A stretch of 64,000 nt of DNA from an uncultured Bacteroidales bacterium (GCA_963732365.1 CAVSZC010000001.1:354526-418525); one strand, 5' to 3'; shown: positions 9,839 to 19,003, counted from the first letter of the stretch. Numbers and translations are program-made. Notes: generated by a model not told the origin, from the letters alone.

Positions 9839-10264
9839 TTAACTTTTTTCTGTGCTCTTCCCGGTTGAAGTAGTACCAGACGAGAGCCTGGAACCTACTT
9901 TTTTTTTGATATCCACTCCATAAGTAGCCTCCGCTATCTCTATCATCTTGTCCTTAAACTCCAGCAATAATTGCTTTTGTCCAACGATACGCTCAAGCTC
10001 TTTTATCCGCTCTTCCAGAGCCTTGATCTTTTGGGTGTCGCTCTTGGCTTCTACCACTTGTTTTACTTGTTTCTTTGCCATTACCGAATATTTATAGATC
10101 CATTTATACACCGCAGTTCTGCTGACTGAATAGGTCCTGCAAATATCGGGAATGCTTGTAACTCTTCTTTCTAATTCCCTGACTTTGTTTCTTTTGAAAT
10201 CATCACTAAAATACCTTTGATACTGAGGCTTAATCTGGTGATCGAAATAACTTACATTTGCCAT
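9839..10264 (-). CDS. IS3-family transposase OrfA (HTH)
   Basis: FSDDFKRNKV...YSVSRTAVYKW HTH, followed by a leucine-zipper-like segment LEERIKELERIVG. ATG at 10264 preferred because TTG 10288 lies within the IR. Confidence 0.9.
   Translation of the reverse strand: MANVSYFDHQIKPQYQRYFSDDFKRNKVRELERRVTSIPDICRTYSVSRTAVYKWIYKYSVMAKKQVKQVVEAKSDTQKIKALEERIKELERIVGQKQLLLEFKDKMIEIAEATYGVDIKKKVGSRLSSGTTSTGKSTEKS
9899..9907 (-). other. Programmed -1 frameshift site (A9) joining OrfA and OrfB
   Basis: Minus strand reads ATC AAA AAA AAA GTA. The -1 frame reads KKSRFQALVWYYFNREEHRKKLNSLFEVVGISKQSFHQMLQR without a stop into OrfB. Confidence 0.75.
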
Positions 10265-10315
10265 ACTGTTATCCGTTTTTTCGGTCAACGTATTTCAGGC
10301 ACCGACAGTAACTTT

Positions 10316-10350
10316 GTCTTCCGTCTTCCGTCTTCGGTCTTCGGTCTTCG
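10316..10350. repeat. Heptamer tandem array (GTCTTCS)x5
   Basis: GTCTTCC x2 then GTCTTCG x3; begins 4 nt after the nagD stop on the minus strand. Confidence 0.95.
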
Positions 10351-10354
10351 ATTG

Positions 10355-11146
10355 TTATTGGATCAGGTCGGCTACCCCTTCGAGGATATAGGTTGGGCGG
10401 TAGGGGAACTTGTCGACGGTTTTAAGGGTTGAGATGCCTGTCAGTACAAGGAGAGTATCAATCTCAGATTCGATACCTGCTATGATATCGGTATCCATCC
10501 TGTCACCGATAATGATGGTTTCCTCCGTAGAACATCCGATCTTTTTGAGTGCAATGCGCATCATGAGCGGATTGGGTTTTCCGACATAATAAGCCTGCCG
10601 GCCGGTGGCCAGCTCTATTGGCGAAACAAGGGCTTTTGTGGCAGGGATTATGCCGTTCTCAACCGGTCCTGTGACATCAGGGTTGGTTCCTATCAGCTTG
10701 GCCCCTTTAAGCACCAGGTTCACAGCCTGCTCCAGCTTCTCAAAACTGTAGCTCCTCGTATCTCCGACAACTACATAGTCAGGGTTATAGTTATTCATTG
10801 AATACCCGGCATTGTACATGGCGTTGATCAGCCCGGCCTCACCTATGATATATGCTGTCCCCCCGGGCTTCTGCATGGCAAGGAAATTTGCCGTAGCCAG
10901 TGCGCTTGTGTAAAAAACATTTTCGTCAAGATCGATTCCAAGACGGAACATCTTTTCCTGCAGCTCCTTGGCGGTTCTTTCACTTGAATTGGTGAGGAAC
11001 AGAAACTTTTTATCCTCACGCTTGAGCCATTCGACAAACTCAGGGACACCGGGCAGCAGTTTGTTGCCGTGGTAAATGACTCCGTCCATGTCGCTGATGA
11101 AGGCCTTCTTGCTCTTTATCTTTTCGATTATCTCTTTGTTTTTCAT
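10355..11146 (-). CDS. nagD: HAD-IIA hydrolase, NagD-like phosphatase
   Basis: DMDGVIYHG, LTNSS, IGTNPD, YVGKPNP and IGDRMDTDI motifs. Confidence 0.9.
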   Translation of the reverse strand: MKNKEIIEKIKSKKAFISDMDGVIYHGNKLLPGVPEFVEWLKREDKKFLFLTNSSERTAKELQEKMFRLGIDLDENVFYTSALATANFLAMQKPGGTAYIIGEAGLINAMYNAGYSMNNYNPDYVVVGDTRSYSFEKLEQAVNLVLKGAKLIGTNPDVTGPVENGIIPATKALVSPIELATGRQAYYVGKPNPLMMRIALKKIGCSTEETIIIGDRMDTDIIAGIESEIDTLLVLTGISTLKTVDKFPYRPTYILEGVADLIQ

Positions 11147-11164
11147 TTTATATCAAATGTGAAG

Positions 11165-11172
11165 CAAAATTA
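11165..11172 (-). promoter_or_regulatory. Bacteroidota sigma-A -7 element for nagD
   Basis: TAATTTTG (TAnnTTTG) on the minus strand, 18 nt upstream of the start. Confidence 0.55.
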
Positions 11173-11242
11173 ATACTATGTGTAGAATAAATGAGCTTCA
11201 AAGAATATAATGTAACAAAGATTTAACAGGAACCGTATAATT

Positions 11243-11716
11243 TCAATAGCCCTTCCCCAACTGGTGAAAAGCTGTTTCAATCTGTTTTTCAAAAATGTTT
11301 GCGGTGGCTATCCACTTGAGCATGCGGCTGCTGACATCAGGTGACCCTGAAGATCTTGCCGAGAGGATTTTATAGAGTGATTCCCGCAGCTCTGACATAG
11401 CTGATAGAAGCTCTCTGAAATAAACGGAAAAGAACCTGTCTGTCAGGTAAAAGTGCCTTTTCCTGCCGTGGTTGTATGTCCTGTAGTCGATGAGTTTTCG
11501 ATCAAGCAGGTAATTTAAAGAGTTACTGATGACGCTCTTGCTTGCACCAAAGAAAGAAACGATCTCCTCGAATGTAAGTTCTGAGTCATCAGCAACCGTA
11601 AACAGGGCAAGTATCCGGCCGTTCGTGGGTGTAATCCCGAATTTCTCCAGTATTTTGCCTGTTTCATCAATCTGCTCCCGCAGTTTTGAAGAATCTCTTC
11701 TCTTGAGCGCTGACAT
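11243..11716 (-). CDS. GbsR/MarR-family transcriptional regulator
   Basis: GITPTNGRILALF...LTFEEIVSFFGASKSVISNSLNYL...GRKRHFY winged helix; divergent from the sugar transporter. Confidence 0.85.
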   Translation of the reverse strand: MSALKRRDSSKLREQIDETGKILEKFGITPTNGRILALFTVADDSELTFEEIVSFFGASKSVISNSLNYLLDRKLIDYRTYNHGRKRHFYLTDRFFSVYFRELLSAMSELRESLYKILSARSSGSPDVSSRMLKWIATANIFEKQIETAFHQLGKGY

Positions 11717-11733
11717 GCTTATCAGAATATTAA

Positions 11734-11800
11734 CAAATTTAGTAAATTATTAATAAAGTTCTTTTCTTTCAGAACTAAAAAAACAGTTAATCACTGTTTT
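11734..11800. promoter_or_regulatory. Divergent promoter region with candidate operators
   Basis: TAAATTTG (-7 element) on the minus strand at 11734-11741; palindromes AGTTCT-N8-AGAACT (11757-11776) and AAAACAGT-N5-ACTGTTTT (11780-11800). Confidence 0.45.
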
Positions 11801-11896
11801 GCAGTTTAAAATAAAAAAGTCTAGTTTTGAAGTTCAACTGCCCGCAATGTTTTTAACTTGCAGTAAAAAGAAGATCTAACCTGTAAAAGAGAGATT

Positions 11897-13240
11897 ATGA
11901 CCCAGAGTGATGCAGCGGCGCCGATGAGCCGCAGGAATTATATCGTTGCACTGACGGTGATAGCGATATTCTTTTTCATTTTCGGATTTGTGACATGGCT
12001 CAACGGAATCCTGATACCTTTTCTCAAGACGGCATGCGAGCTGAGCGATTTTGAAGCATATTTTGTTACCACTGCCTTTTACATCTCCTACTTTGTCATG
12101 GCATTGCCCTCGTCGGCACTCCTGAAGAAGACCGGTTTCAAGTCGGGCATGGCCATCGGGTTATGGGTTATGGCTGCCGGGGCTCTAGTATTCATTCCCG
12201 CCGCCCTTACCCGCAGTTACCCGGTATTCCTTCTCGGTCTCTTTGTTCAGGGGACAGGCCTTGCTCTTCTGCAGACAGCTTCTAATCCATATGTGACTAT
12301 TATCGGCCCCCGCGAGAGTGCTGCAAAAAGGATAAGCATGATGGGCATTGCAAACAAGTTTGCAGGTGCCATCGCACCAATAATACTTGCTTCACACATC
12401 CTCAAGGATTCGCACATCCTGGAAGAGAAGCTGGGGCTGGCGGCAGATGCTGCAGCACGAGGGTTGCTGCTTGATGAACTGGCACAAAGGGTTATCAATC
12501 CCTACATCCTGATGGCAGTGATCCTTGTTGCTCTCGGATTCCTGCTTCGCTTTGCACACCTCCCTGAGGTAGACACCGATGCCGAAGAGCCTGAAACAGG
12601 GGATTCCCATGTTAACAAAACAAGCATATGGCACTTCCCGCACCTCATCCTGGGTGTCATGGCCCTCTTCTTTTATGTGGGGGTGGAGGTAATTGCCGGA
12701 GACACCATAATAAGGTACGGCCAGTCACTCGGTGTGCCGATGGAATCTGCAAAATACTTCACCTCCCTTACCATGCTGGGGATGATTATCGGCTATGTAA
12801 TTGGCATTTCACTGATACCTAAAGTACTGACGCAGGTAAATGCGCTGAGGATATCTGCCGTGCTGGGTGTCGTCTTTTCCCTGGGAGCTATTTTTACACC
12901 GGCAGCCACACAGATCACCATACCCTTCAGGGACCTCGTGACTTTGCAGGCGGTCACACTGACAATTCCGATTACGGTGCTTTATGTGGCTCTGCTGGGA
13001 CTTGCCAATGCTCTTGTCTGGCCTGCAATGTGGCCACTGGCACTCGCCGGCCTCGGAAAATATACGAAAACGGCATCGGCAATGCTGATAATGGCAATCG
13101 TAGGCGGTGCTCTGCTGCCCCTGGTATACGGCAAATTGGCCGACGTATTCTCGACTCAGGCTGCTTACTGGGTTTGCGTACCCTCCTACCTCATTGTACT
13201 TTATTATTCTCTTCACGGGTATAAGCTCAAGGGGAGATAA
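11897..13240 (+). CDS. FucP/GluP/NagP-family sugar MFS transporter
   Basis: FFIFGFVTWLNGILIP, LLQTASNPYV, FFYVGVEVIAGD and LIMAIVGGALLP motifs; about 12 hydrophobic segments. Confidence 0.92.
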   Translation: MTQSDAAAPMSRRNYIVALTVIAIFFFIFGFVTWLNGILIPFLKTACELSDFEAYFVTTAFYISYFVMALPSSALLKKTGFKSGMAIGLWVMAAGALVFIPAALTRSYPVFLLGLFVQGTGLALLQTASNPYVTIIGPRESAAKRISMMGIANKFAGAIAPIILASHILKDSHILEEKLGLAADAAARGLLLDELAQRVINPYILMAVILVALGFLLRFAHLPEVDTDAEEPETGDSHVNKTSIWHFPHLILGVMALFFYVGVEVIAGDTIIRYGQSLGVPMESAKYFTSLTMLGMIIGYVIGISLIPKVLTQVNALRISAVLGVVFSLGAIFTPAATQITIPFRDLVTLQAVTLTIPITVLYVALLGLANALVWPAMWPLALAGLGKYTKTASAMLIMAIVGGALLPLVYGKLADVFSTQAAYWVCVPSYLIVLYYSLHGYKLKGR

Positions 13241-13252
13241 TTCAGCAACAAG

Positions 13253-14353
13253 ATGTCCCCCGATATTAAAAAACTGTTCAGCTGCTTCAGGGCGGAAGGA
13301 ACATTCCTTTCCGGCGAGTCATTCGGACCGGGGCACATACACGATACTTACCGTATCATCACAGCAGAGAAAGGGTGTGATGACTATATCCTCCAGCGAC
13401 TTAACAATAAGGTATTCAAAGATATCCCCAGACTGCAGGAGAATATGGAGAGGGTTACCTCCCACCTCCGCGGGAAACTCTCTGCCATTCCAGGGAGTGA
13501 TATCAAGAGGGAGTGCCTGACCCTTATCCCTTCGCGCAGCAGCGGTTATTCATGGCATGCCGATGACGAGGGTAACCTCTGGAGGATGTTTATCTTCATT
13601 TCCGATCACCGTTCATATGAACAGGTTGATTCGCTCCATAAAGCCCGTGAAGGGGGAAGGGCAATAGGAAGGTTTCAGGCTATGCTCGCTGATCTCCCGG
13701 GCGAGCCGCTGCATGAGACGATTCCCGACTTTCACGATATAAGAAAGAGGCTTGACACTTTCCACAGAGTCATTGAAAAAGATCCGGCAGGAAGAGTCTC
13801 CGGAACAGCAGAGGAGATCAGCGAGATCAAAAGGCGCGAGGAGGAGATGAAAATAATTCTCAGGCTGGGCGACGAGGGTAAAATACCCCTGAGAATAACG
13901 CATAATGACACCAAGTTCAATAATATTCTGTTTGACAGCAATGACAAGGCGCTGTGCCTGATAGATCTCGATACCGTTATGCCCGGCTATGTCCACTATG
14001 ACTTCGGTGATGCGATACGTACGGCATCAAACAGGGTTGCTGAAGACTGTGATGATCTGTCTCAGGTATCCATGAACATAGGCATATACGAGGCCTACGC
14101 TCAGGGATACCTCGCTGAAACTGCAGGTACTCTGAATGATACTGAGAAGAAATATCTCCCCTTTGCCCCGAAACTGCTCACATATATCATGGCAACGAGG
14201 TTCCTTACAGATTATCTCGACGGGGATACTTACTACAAGATCAAGTATCCAGGGCACAATCTGCAACGGAACAGGAACCAGATAGCACTGCTGAAGAGCA
14301 TGGAGGCCCAGTATGACAGGATGGTAGAAATCATTAATAATATTACAAAATGA
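13253..14353 (+). CDS. APH-fold phosphotransferase, N-acetylhexosamine 1-kinase (NahK)-like
   Basis: GPGHIHDTY, YILQRLN, LHETIPDFHD, THNDTKFNN, IDLDTVMPG and RFLTDYLDGDTYYK motifs. Confidence 0.82.
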   Translation: MSPDIKKLFSCFRAEGTFLSGESFGPGHIHDTYRIITAEKGCDDYILQRLNNKVFKDIPRLQENMERVTSHLRGKLSAIPGSDIKRECLTLIPSRSSGYSWHADDEGNLWRMFIFISDHRSYEQVDSLHKAREGGRAIGRFQAMLADLPGEPLHETIPDFHDIRKRLDTFHRVIEKDPAGRVSGTAEEISEIKRREEEMKIILRLGDEGKIPLRITHNDTKFNNILFDSNDKALCLIDLDTVMPGYVHYDFGDAIRTASNRVAEDCDDLSQVSMNIGIYEAYAQGYLAETAGTLNDTEKKYLPFAPKLLTYIMATRFLTDYLDGDTYYKIKYPGHNLQRNRNQIALLKSMEAQYDRMVEIINNITK

Positions 14354-15030
14354 AAAGAATTCTTGCGGCATCCGCACTGATTGTATGTTTCATTGCCTAT
14401 TCGTACGGCCAGCAGCCCGGAACGGTCATTGACAGCTCTAAATACTCTGCATACTGGTGGCACAGCAAGGACCTCTTCGATCATCTTCCCGACACAAAGA
14501 ATGAGATAGTCTTTCTTGGCAACAGCATCACTGACGGAGCGGAATGGTTTGAACTGCTTGATAACAGGCGATGCCGTAACAGGGGTATAAGCGGAGATGT
14601 AACCGCCGGTGTCCTTTTGCGCCTCGACGCGGTAACAAAACTCAAACCCTCGAGCATCTTCATTATGATAGGAATAAATGACCTTTCACGCAATGTCACC
14701 GTTGACTCTGTAATGGTGAATTACAGGTTGATACTTGATCAGATCAAAAGGGAGACTCCGGGCACAAAGGTATTTATTGAGAGCGTACTGCCTGTTAATG
14801 CAGCTGTCGGGCGCTATCCTGCACTTCAGAACAAGACAGAGTTGATAATGGAGCTTAACCGCCAGCTTCGCGCCCTGGCCTCTGAATCAGGCCACACATA
14901 TATCGATCTCTTCAGCTTGATGGCAGACTCGGAAAACCAGTTACCGCGCAAATACTCGGTTGACGGACTGCACCTTAATTATGAGGCATACAGGGTCTGG
15001 ACCGAGACAATCAGGAAATATGTAAGGTAA
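14350..15030 (+). CDS. SGNH/GDSL esterase, exported (possible O-acetylesterase)
   Basis: Signal peptide; GNSIT, NRGISGD, GIND and DGLH blocks; ATGA overlap with the kinase gene. Confidence 0.9.
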   Translation: MKRILAASALIVCFIAYSYGQQPGTVIDSSKYSAYWWHSKDLFDHLPDTKNEIVFLGNSITDGAEWFELLDNRRCRNRGISGDVTAGVLLRLDAVTKLKPSSIFIMIGINDLSRNVTVDSVMVNYRLILDQIKRETPGTKVFIESVLPVNAAVGRYPALQNKTELIMELNRQLRALASESGHTYIDLFSLMADSENQLPRKYSVDGLHLNYEAYRVWTETIRKYVR

Positions 15031-15182
15031 ATATGTTCCAGCCTTAATCCGGTATTTATTAGTTTGTTATAACCGTCCGGTTGTTTCCGGTCGAAATTTG
15101 GTTTGGATATTAGCTGTAAAATGGTGACTTTTGTCATGTCGTTTTCAACGGCTTTTATGTGATATAACTTAATCCTGAAAGA

Positions 15183-16739
15183 ATGGATGTTAACGGGAAA
15201 TATTTCAAATCATACCTTGAGCGTGAGGAGGCATTCAGGCAGCAGTACAATGCCGACCGCATCAGGAAACAGCACGCCAAGGGCAAGCTGACAGCTCATG
15301 AGAGGATTGCCCTTCTCTTTGATTCAGGTACATTTGAGGAGATAGATGCCTACGTGACCCCCTCAGACCAGGGTGTTGAGTTCGGGAAGGTTGAGATGTC
15401 ATACGGCGACGGCGTTGTTACCGGGCATGGCAAGATTGACGGCAGGCTGGTGTTCGCATATGCCCAGGACTTTACAATAATGGGCGGTTCGCTGGGTATC
15501 GTCCATGCCCGTAAGATTGCCAAGATACAGGAGATGGCGCTCAAGATGGGTGCTCCCATAATAGGTATAAATGACTCCGGAGGTGCACGCATACAGGAGG
15601 GCATTGCAAGTCTTAACGGTTATGGCATCATCTTCAATAACATAATACAGTCTTCAGGTATCATACCTCAGATCTCCGTTATCATGGGTCCGGCCGCGGG
15701 CGGTGCTGTATATGCTCCTGCCCTCACTGACTGGGTCTTCATGACCAGCCATACAAGTTATATGTTTGTTACCGGTCCGAATGTTGTCAGGGAGGTGCTG
15801 AATGAGGATATCAGCAGCGAGGATCTGGGAGGGGCAGAAACACATGCGCGCAAGAGCGGAGTGGCCAACATGATCTACGATGATGAGGAGAACACTATCA
15901 TTGCATTGAGAAAATTCCTCTCTTACCTGCCCTCAAACAATCTCGAGAACCCCCCTGTCGCTGCCTATGACAACAATACCGCAGACGTTAATGAAAAGCT
16001 CCGCGATATTGTTCCTGATGATCCGAACAAGGCATATGATGTGCGTGATATCATCTCACTCATTGTTGACCGGAACAGCTTCTTCGAGACATCGGAGCTC
16101 TTCGCTCCGAATATTGTTACCGGTTTCGGGCGGATGGAGGGCAAGACGATAGGTATTGTTGCCAACCAGCCCAAAGTGCTTGCGGGAGTTCTCGACATCG
16201 ACTCGTCAACCAAGGGTGCACGCTTCATCAGGTTCTGTGACGTATTTAACATCCCGATACTCACCCTGGAAGATGTTCCGGGCTTCCTTCCCGGAAAAGA
16301 CCAGGAGCATTCAGGTATCATAAGGCATGGGGCCAAGCTTCTCTTTGCCTATGCCGAAGCAACAGTACCACGCATAACCGTCATCCTTCGCAAGGCCTAC
16401 GGCGGCGCTTATATTGTCATGAACAGCCGAAGCATGGGAGGTGACTTCAACTTTGCCTGGCCATCGGCCGAGATAGCCGTGATGGGGCCTGACGGCGCTG
16501 TGGCAATACTATACCGACGTGAGCTGGCAGATGCGAAGGACCCTGTGGCAATGAAGAAAGAACTCGTCAAGCGGTACCGGGAGAAAGTTGCCAATCCGTT
16601 CATCGCCGATGAAAAGGGGTACATTGATGAGGTAATTGATCCGGCAATGACACGGAAGAAGCTGTTATCAGCCTTCGCAGCATTGAGTAACAAGTCAGTC
16701 AAGGTACCGTCAAGAAAGCATGGGAATATGCCGTTATAG
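15183..16739 (+). CDS. pccB: Acyl-CoA carboxylase, carboxyltransferase (beta) subunit
   Basis: QHAKGKLTAHERI, DSGGARIQEG, DVPGFLPG, RKAYGGAY and RKHGNMPL motifs. Confidence 0.92.
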   Translation: MDVNGKYFKSYLEREEAFRQQYNADRIRKQHAKGKLTAHERIALLFDSGTFEEIDAYVTPSDQGVEFGKVEMSYGDGVVTGHGKIDGRLVFAYAQDFTIMGGSLGIVHARKIAKIQEMALKMGAPIIGINDSGGARIQEGIASLNGYGIIFNNIIQSSGIIPQISVIMGPAAGGAVYAPALTDWVFMTSHTSYMFVTGPNVVREVLNEDISSEDLGGAETHARKSGVANMIYDDEENTIIALRKFLSYLPSNNLENPPVAAYDNNTADVNEKLRDIVPDDPNKAYDVRDIISLIVDRNSFFETSELFAPNIVTGFGRMEGKTIGIVANQPKVLAGVLDIDSSTKGARFIRFCDVFNIPILTLEDVPGFLPGKDQEHSGIIRHGAKLLFAYAEATVPRITVILRKAYGGAYIVMNSRSMGGDFNFAWPSAEIAVMGPDGAVAILYRRELADAKDPVAMKKELVKRYREKVANPFIADEKGYIDEVIDPAMTRKKLLSAFAALSNKSVKVPSRKHGNMPL

Positions 16740-16802
16740 CAAGGAGCAAGGGGCATGGGGCATGGAGCAGGCAATAGGCAATAGGCAATAGGCAGTAAGC
16801 AG
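16740..16802. repeat. Nine-unit heptamer array with drifting unit
   Basis: CAAGGAG CAAGGGG CATGGGG CATGGAG CAGGCAA TAGGCAA TAGGCAA TAGGCAG TAAGCAG; starts at the base after the pccB stop. Confidence 0.92.
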
Positions 16803-16827
16803 TAGTGGTTATCAATTATATAAACTC

Positions 16828-16886
16828 CAGACCTTCAGACTTCAGACCTTCAGACTTTAGACCTTAGACCTTCAGACATCAGACCA
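16828..16886. repeat. 7-8 nt tandem array (CAGAC(C)TT)x8
   Basis: CAGACCTT CAGACTT CAGACCTT CAGACTTT AGACCTT AGACCTT CAGACAT CAGACCA; ends 6 nt before the accC start. Confidence 0.92.
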
Positions 16887-16892
16887 ACGAAA

Positions 16893-18401
16893 ATGAAAAA
16901 GATAAAGAGAATACTGATAGCCAACCGAGGAGAAATTGCGATCCGCATCATGAGGACGGCAAAGGCCATGGGGATAAAGTGCGTTGCTGTGCGTACTGCC
17001 GTGGAGCCGAACGCGATGTATCTCTCAATGGCTGACATCATTCATGATGATGATGAGGATGCATCTGAGATACCGGTCTTTCTTGACGTCGAGAAGCTTA
17101 TCTCCGTTGCTCTTGCAACCAAATGTGACGCGGTGCATCCGGGTTACGGCTTTCTTGCCGAGAACGCCTATTTTGCTGACAGGTGCCAGGTGAACGGCAT
17201 CATTTTCATAGGGCCTTCGCATGATGCAATATACAAGATGGGCAACAAAACCGTCGCACGTCAGATAGCACTGAAGCACAAGATACCCATGGCAATGGGC
17301 AGTCCGGGAAGCATCGCCGATGAAGACGAGGCACTGGTCCATGCAACAAGGATAGGCTATCCCGTTATCATCAAGGCTGCCTCTGGAGGAGGAGGACGCG
17401 GCATGCGCATAGTACGCCATGCATCAGAAATGGAGAAGATGTTTACCCTTGCCAGCCGTGAGGCTGAGAAGGCATTCAATGACCCCAGTGTCTTTATAGA
17501 GAAATACATCGAAAATCCAAAACATATTGAGTTTCAGATCCTTGGTGACCAGCATGGAAATATCATCCATCTGGGTGAGAGGGAGTGTTCCATCCAGAGG
17601 AAACACCAGAAGCTGCTTGAGGAAGCCCCCTCTCCTGCCCTTGACGAGGAGCTCAGAAAAACCATGGGTGATACGGCAGTGCAGATAGCCAGAGCAGTGA
17701 GCTACTATTCGGCAGGAACAGTTGAGTTCCTTCTCGACTCAGACCGTAACTTCTATTTCATGGAGATGAATACCCGTATCCAGGTTGAGCATCCTGTTAC
17801 TGAGATGATCACCGGAATAGACCTTATTGAACAGCAGATACGGATAGCCATGGGCGAGGAGCTGAAGATACGTCAGGAAGATGTCAGACTTACCGGCTGG
17901 GCAATAGAATGCCGCATCAATGCCGAGGATGTTCAGGCAGGCTTCGCCCCTTCACCGGGCAGGATAGAAAAGATCAGCTTCCCGGAGGAGCCTGGGATAA
18001 GGGTTGACACAGGCGTCAGGGCAGGTTCATCAATCGTTGCAAGCTACGACTCGATGATCGCAAAACTGATTGTCACCGGGAAAGACCGCCATGAGGCTGT
18101 CGTGAACACGAAAAAGGCTCTCGACAAGGTGTGGATCAAAGGCACCAAGACTACCCTCCCCTTCTTCCGCATGCTGATGCGAAACCACCTCTTCCAGGAG
18201 GGAACCTTCACCACCGCTTTTATTGAAAAGGATCTTGATAAATATTATAAACACGGTGAATATGAGGAGATGATAGCAGCATGGCTTGCGACAAAACTCT
18301 TCGTAGAGGAGAACCTTGATGACAAGAAAAACAATATCAGCTTTGACCAGGGTAGGGAGATCACCCCGTGGCTGCTGAGAAAGAGACTGACACAATTCTA
18401 A
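16893..18401 (+). CDS. accC: Biotin carboxylase subunit
   Basis: ILIANRGEIA, HPGYGFLAEN, KAASGGGGRGM, ERECSIQRKHQK and EMNTRIQVEHPVTE motifs. Confidence 0.95.
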   Translation: MKKIKRILIANRGEIAIRIMRTAKAMGIKCVAVRTAVEPNAMYLSMADIIHDDDEDASEIPVFLDVEKLISVALATKCDAVHPGYGFLAENAYFADRCQVNGIIFIGPSHDAIYKMGNKTVARQIALKHKIPMAMGSPGSIADEDEALVHATRIGYPVIIKAASGGGGRGMRIVRHASEMEKMFTLASREAEKAFNDPSVFIEKYIENPKHIEFQILGDQHGNIIHLGERECSIQRKHQKLLEEAPSPALDEELRKTMGDTAVQIARAVSYYSAGTVEFLLDSDRNFYFMEMNTRIQVEHPVTEMITGIDLIEQQIRIAMGEELKIRQEDVRLTGWAIECRINAEDVQAGFAPSPGRIEKISFPEEPGIRVDTGVRAGSSIVASYDSMIAKLIVTGKDRHEAVVNTKKALDKVWIKGTKTTLPFFRMLMRNHLFQEGTFTTAFIEKDLDKYYKHGEYEEMIAAWLATKLFVEENLDDKKNNISFDQGREITPWLLRKRLTQF

Positions 18402-18408
18402 CCGATAC

Positions 18409-18942
18409 ATGATGAATGCCGAGAAGCCAGAACTGAAGAAACTGTTTGCCCTGTCGAGTGACGGGCGAAAGTACTCCTTCACACTCCCTCTTAAGAACGT
18501 CATCAGAATAGGAAAGAGGGACTATAATATAGAGCTCCGCGAAGATGAGAAGTACGGTATTCACGTGCTCTGGAAGAACAGGCGCTATCCTGTGGAGATT
18601 GTGCGCACAAAGCAGAACAGGTATGAGATACTGTTCAACGATATCAGTCATGTGTTCACCGTTGAGACACCTTTCGCCATGCAGCGTAAGAAGGTGCTGC
18701 ACAGCGGAAAAGGGAAGAGTGACAAGCTCATTGTAAGGGCACCCATGCCGGGCAAGATCATTGACGTCATTGTCAGGGAGAACAGCCAGGTCCTGCGCGG
18801 TGAGGCGCTGGTAATACTGGAGGCAATGAAAATGCAGAATGAGATCCAGTCTGTTGTCAATGGCACCATCACCAAAATCGGTGTCAAACCCGGACAGAAT
18901 GTCATGAAAGATGATATCCTGGCGGAGATTACGGTTAAATAA
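18409..18942 (+). CDS. Biotin carboxyl carrier protein with N-terminal extension
   Basis: RAPMPGKI...LEAMKMQNEI biotinylation motif. Confidence 0.92.
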   Translation: MMNAEKPELKKLFALSSDGRKYSFTLPLKNVIRIGKRDYNIELREDEKYGIHVLWKNRRYPVEIVRTKQNRYEILFNDISHVFTVETPFAMQRKKVLHSGKGKSDKLIVRAPMPGKIIDVIVRENSQVLRGEALVILEAMKMQNEIQSVVNGTITKIGVKPGQNVMKDDILAEITVK

Positions 18943-18984
18943 AGGCCGGCAGAAACTAAGACTTACCAAATAATAAAAAGTAAC

Positions 18985-19003
18985 GACCCGCAATTTGCGG
19001 GTC
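18985..19003. terminator. Hairpin between convergent BCCP and pepD genes
   Basis: GACCCGCAA-T-TTGCGGGTC, with an A-rich tract on the left (U-tract for the minus strand). Confidence 0.6.

Larger units (their letters stand above)
8937..10307 (-). mobile_element. IS3-family insertion sequence, complete (1371 bp)
   Basis: 25-bp imperfect terminal IRs: AGTCAATGCCTAAATAACGTTGACC at 8937-8961 versus the reverse complement of 10283-10307, TGTCGGTGCCTGAAATACGTTGACC. 3-bp direct repeat GTA at 8934-8936 and 10308-10310. orfA/orfB layout. Confidence 0.93.

Noticed and set aside
8946-10264. IS transposase as a frameshifted pseudogene
   Set aside because: The two-ORF layout with an A9 slippery site and an open -1 frame is the normal IS3 organisation.
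16409-17041. Short minus-strand ORFs beginning or ending in the repeats (MPAPCPMPLAPC...)
   Set aside because: They are low-complexity translations of the heptamer arrays and overlap real genes on the opposite strand.
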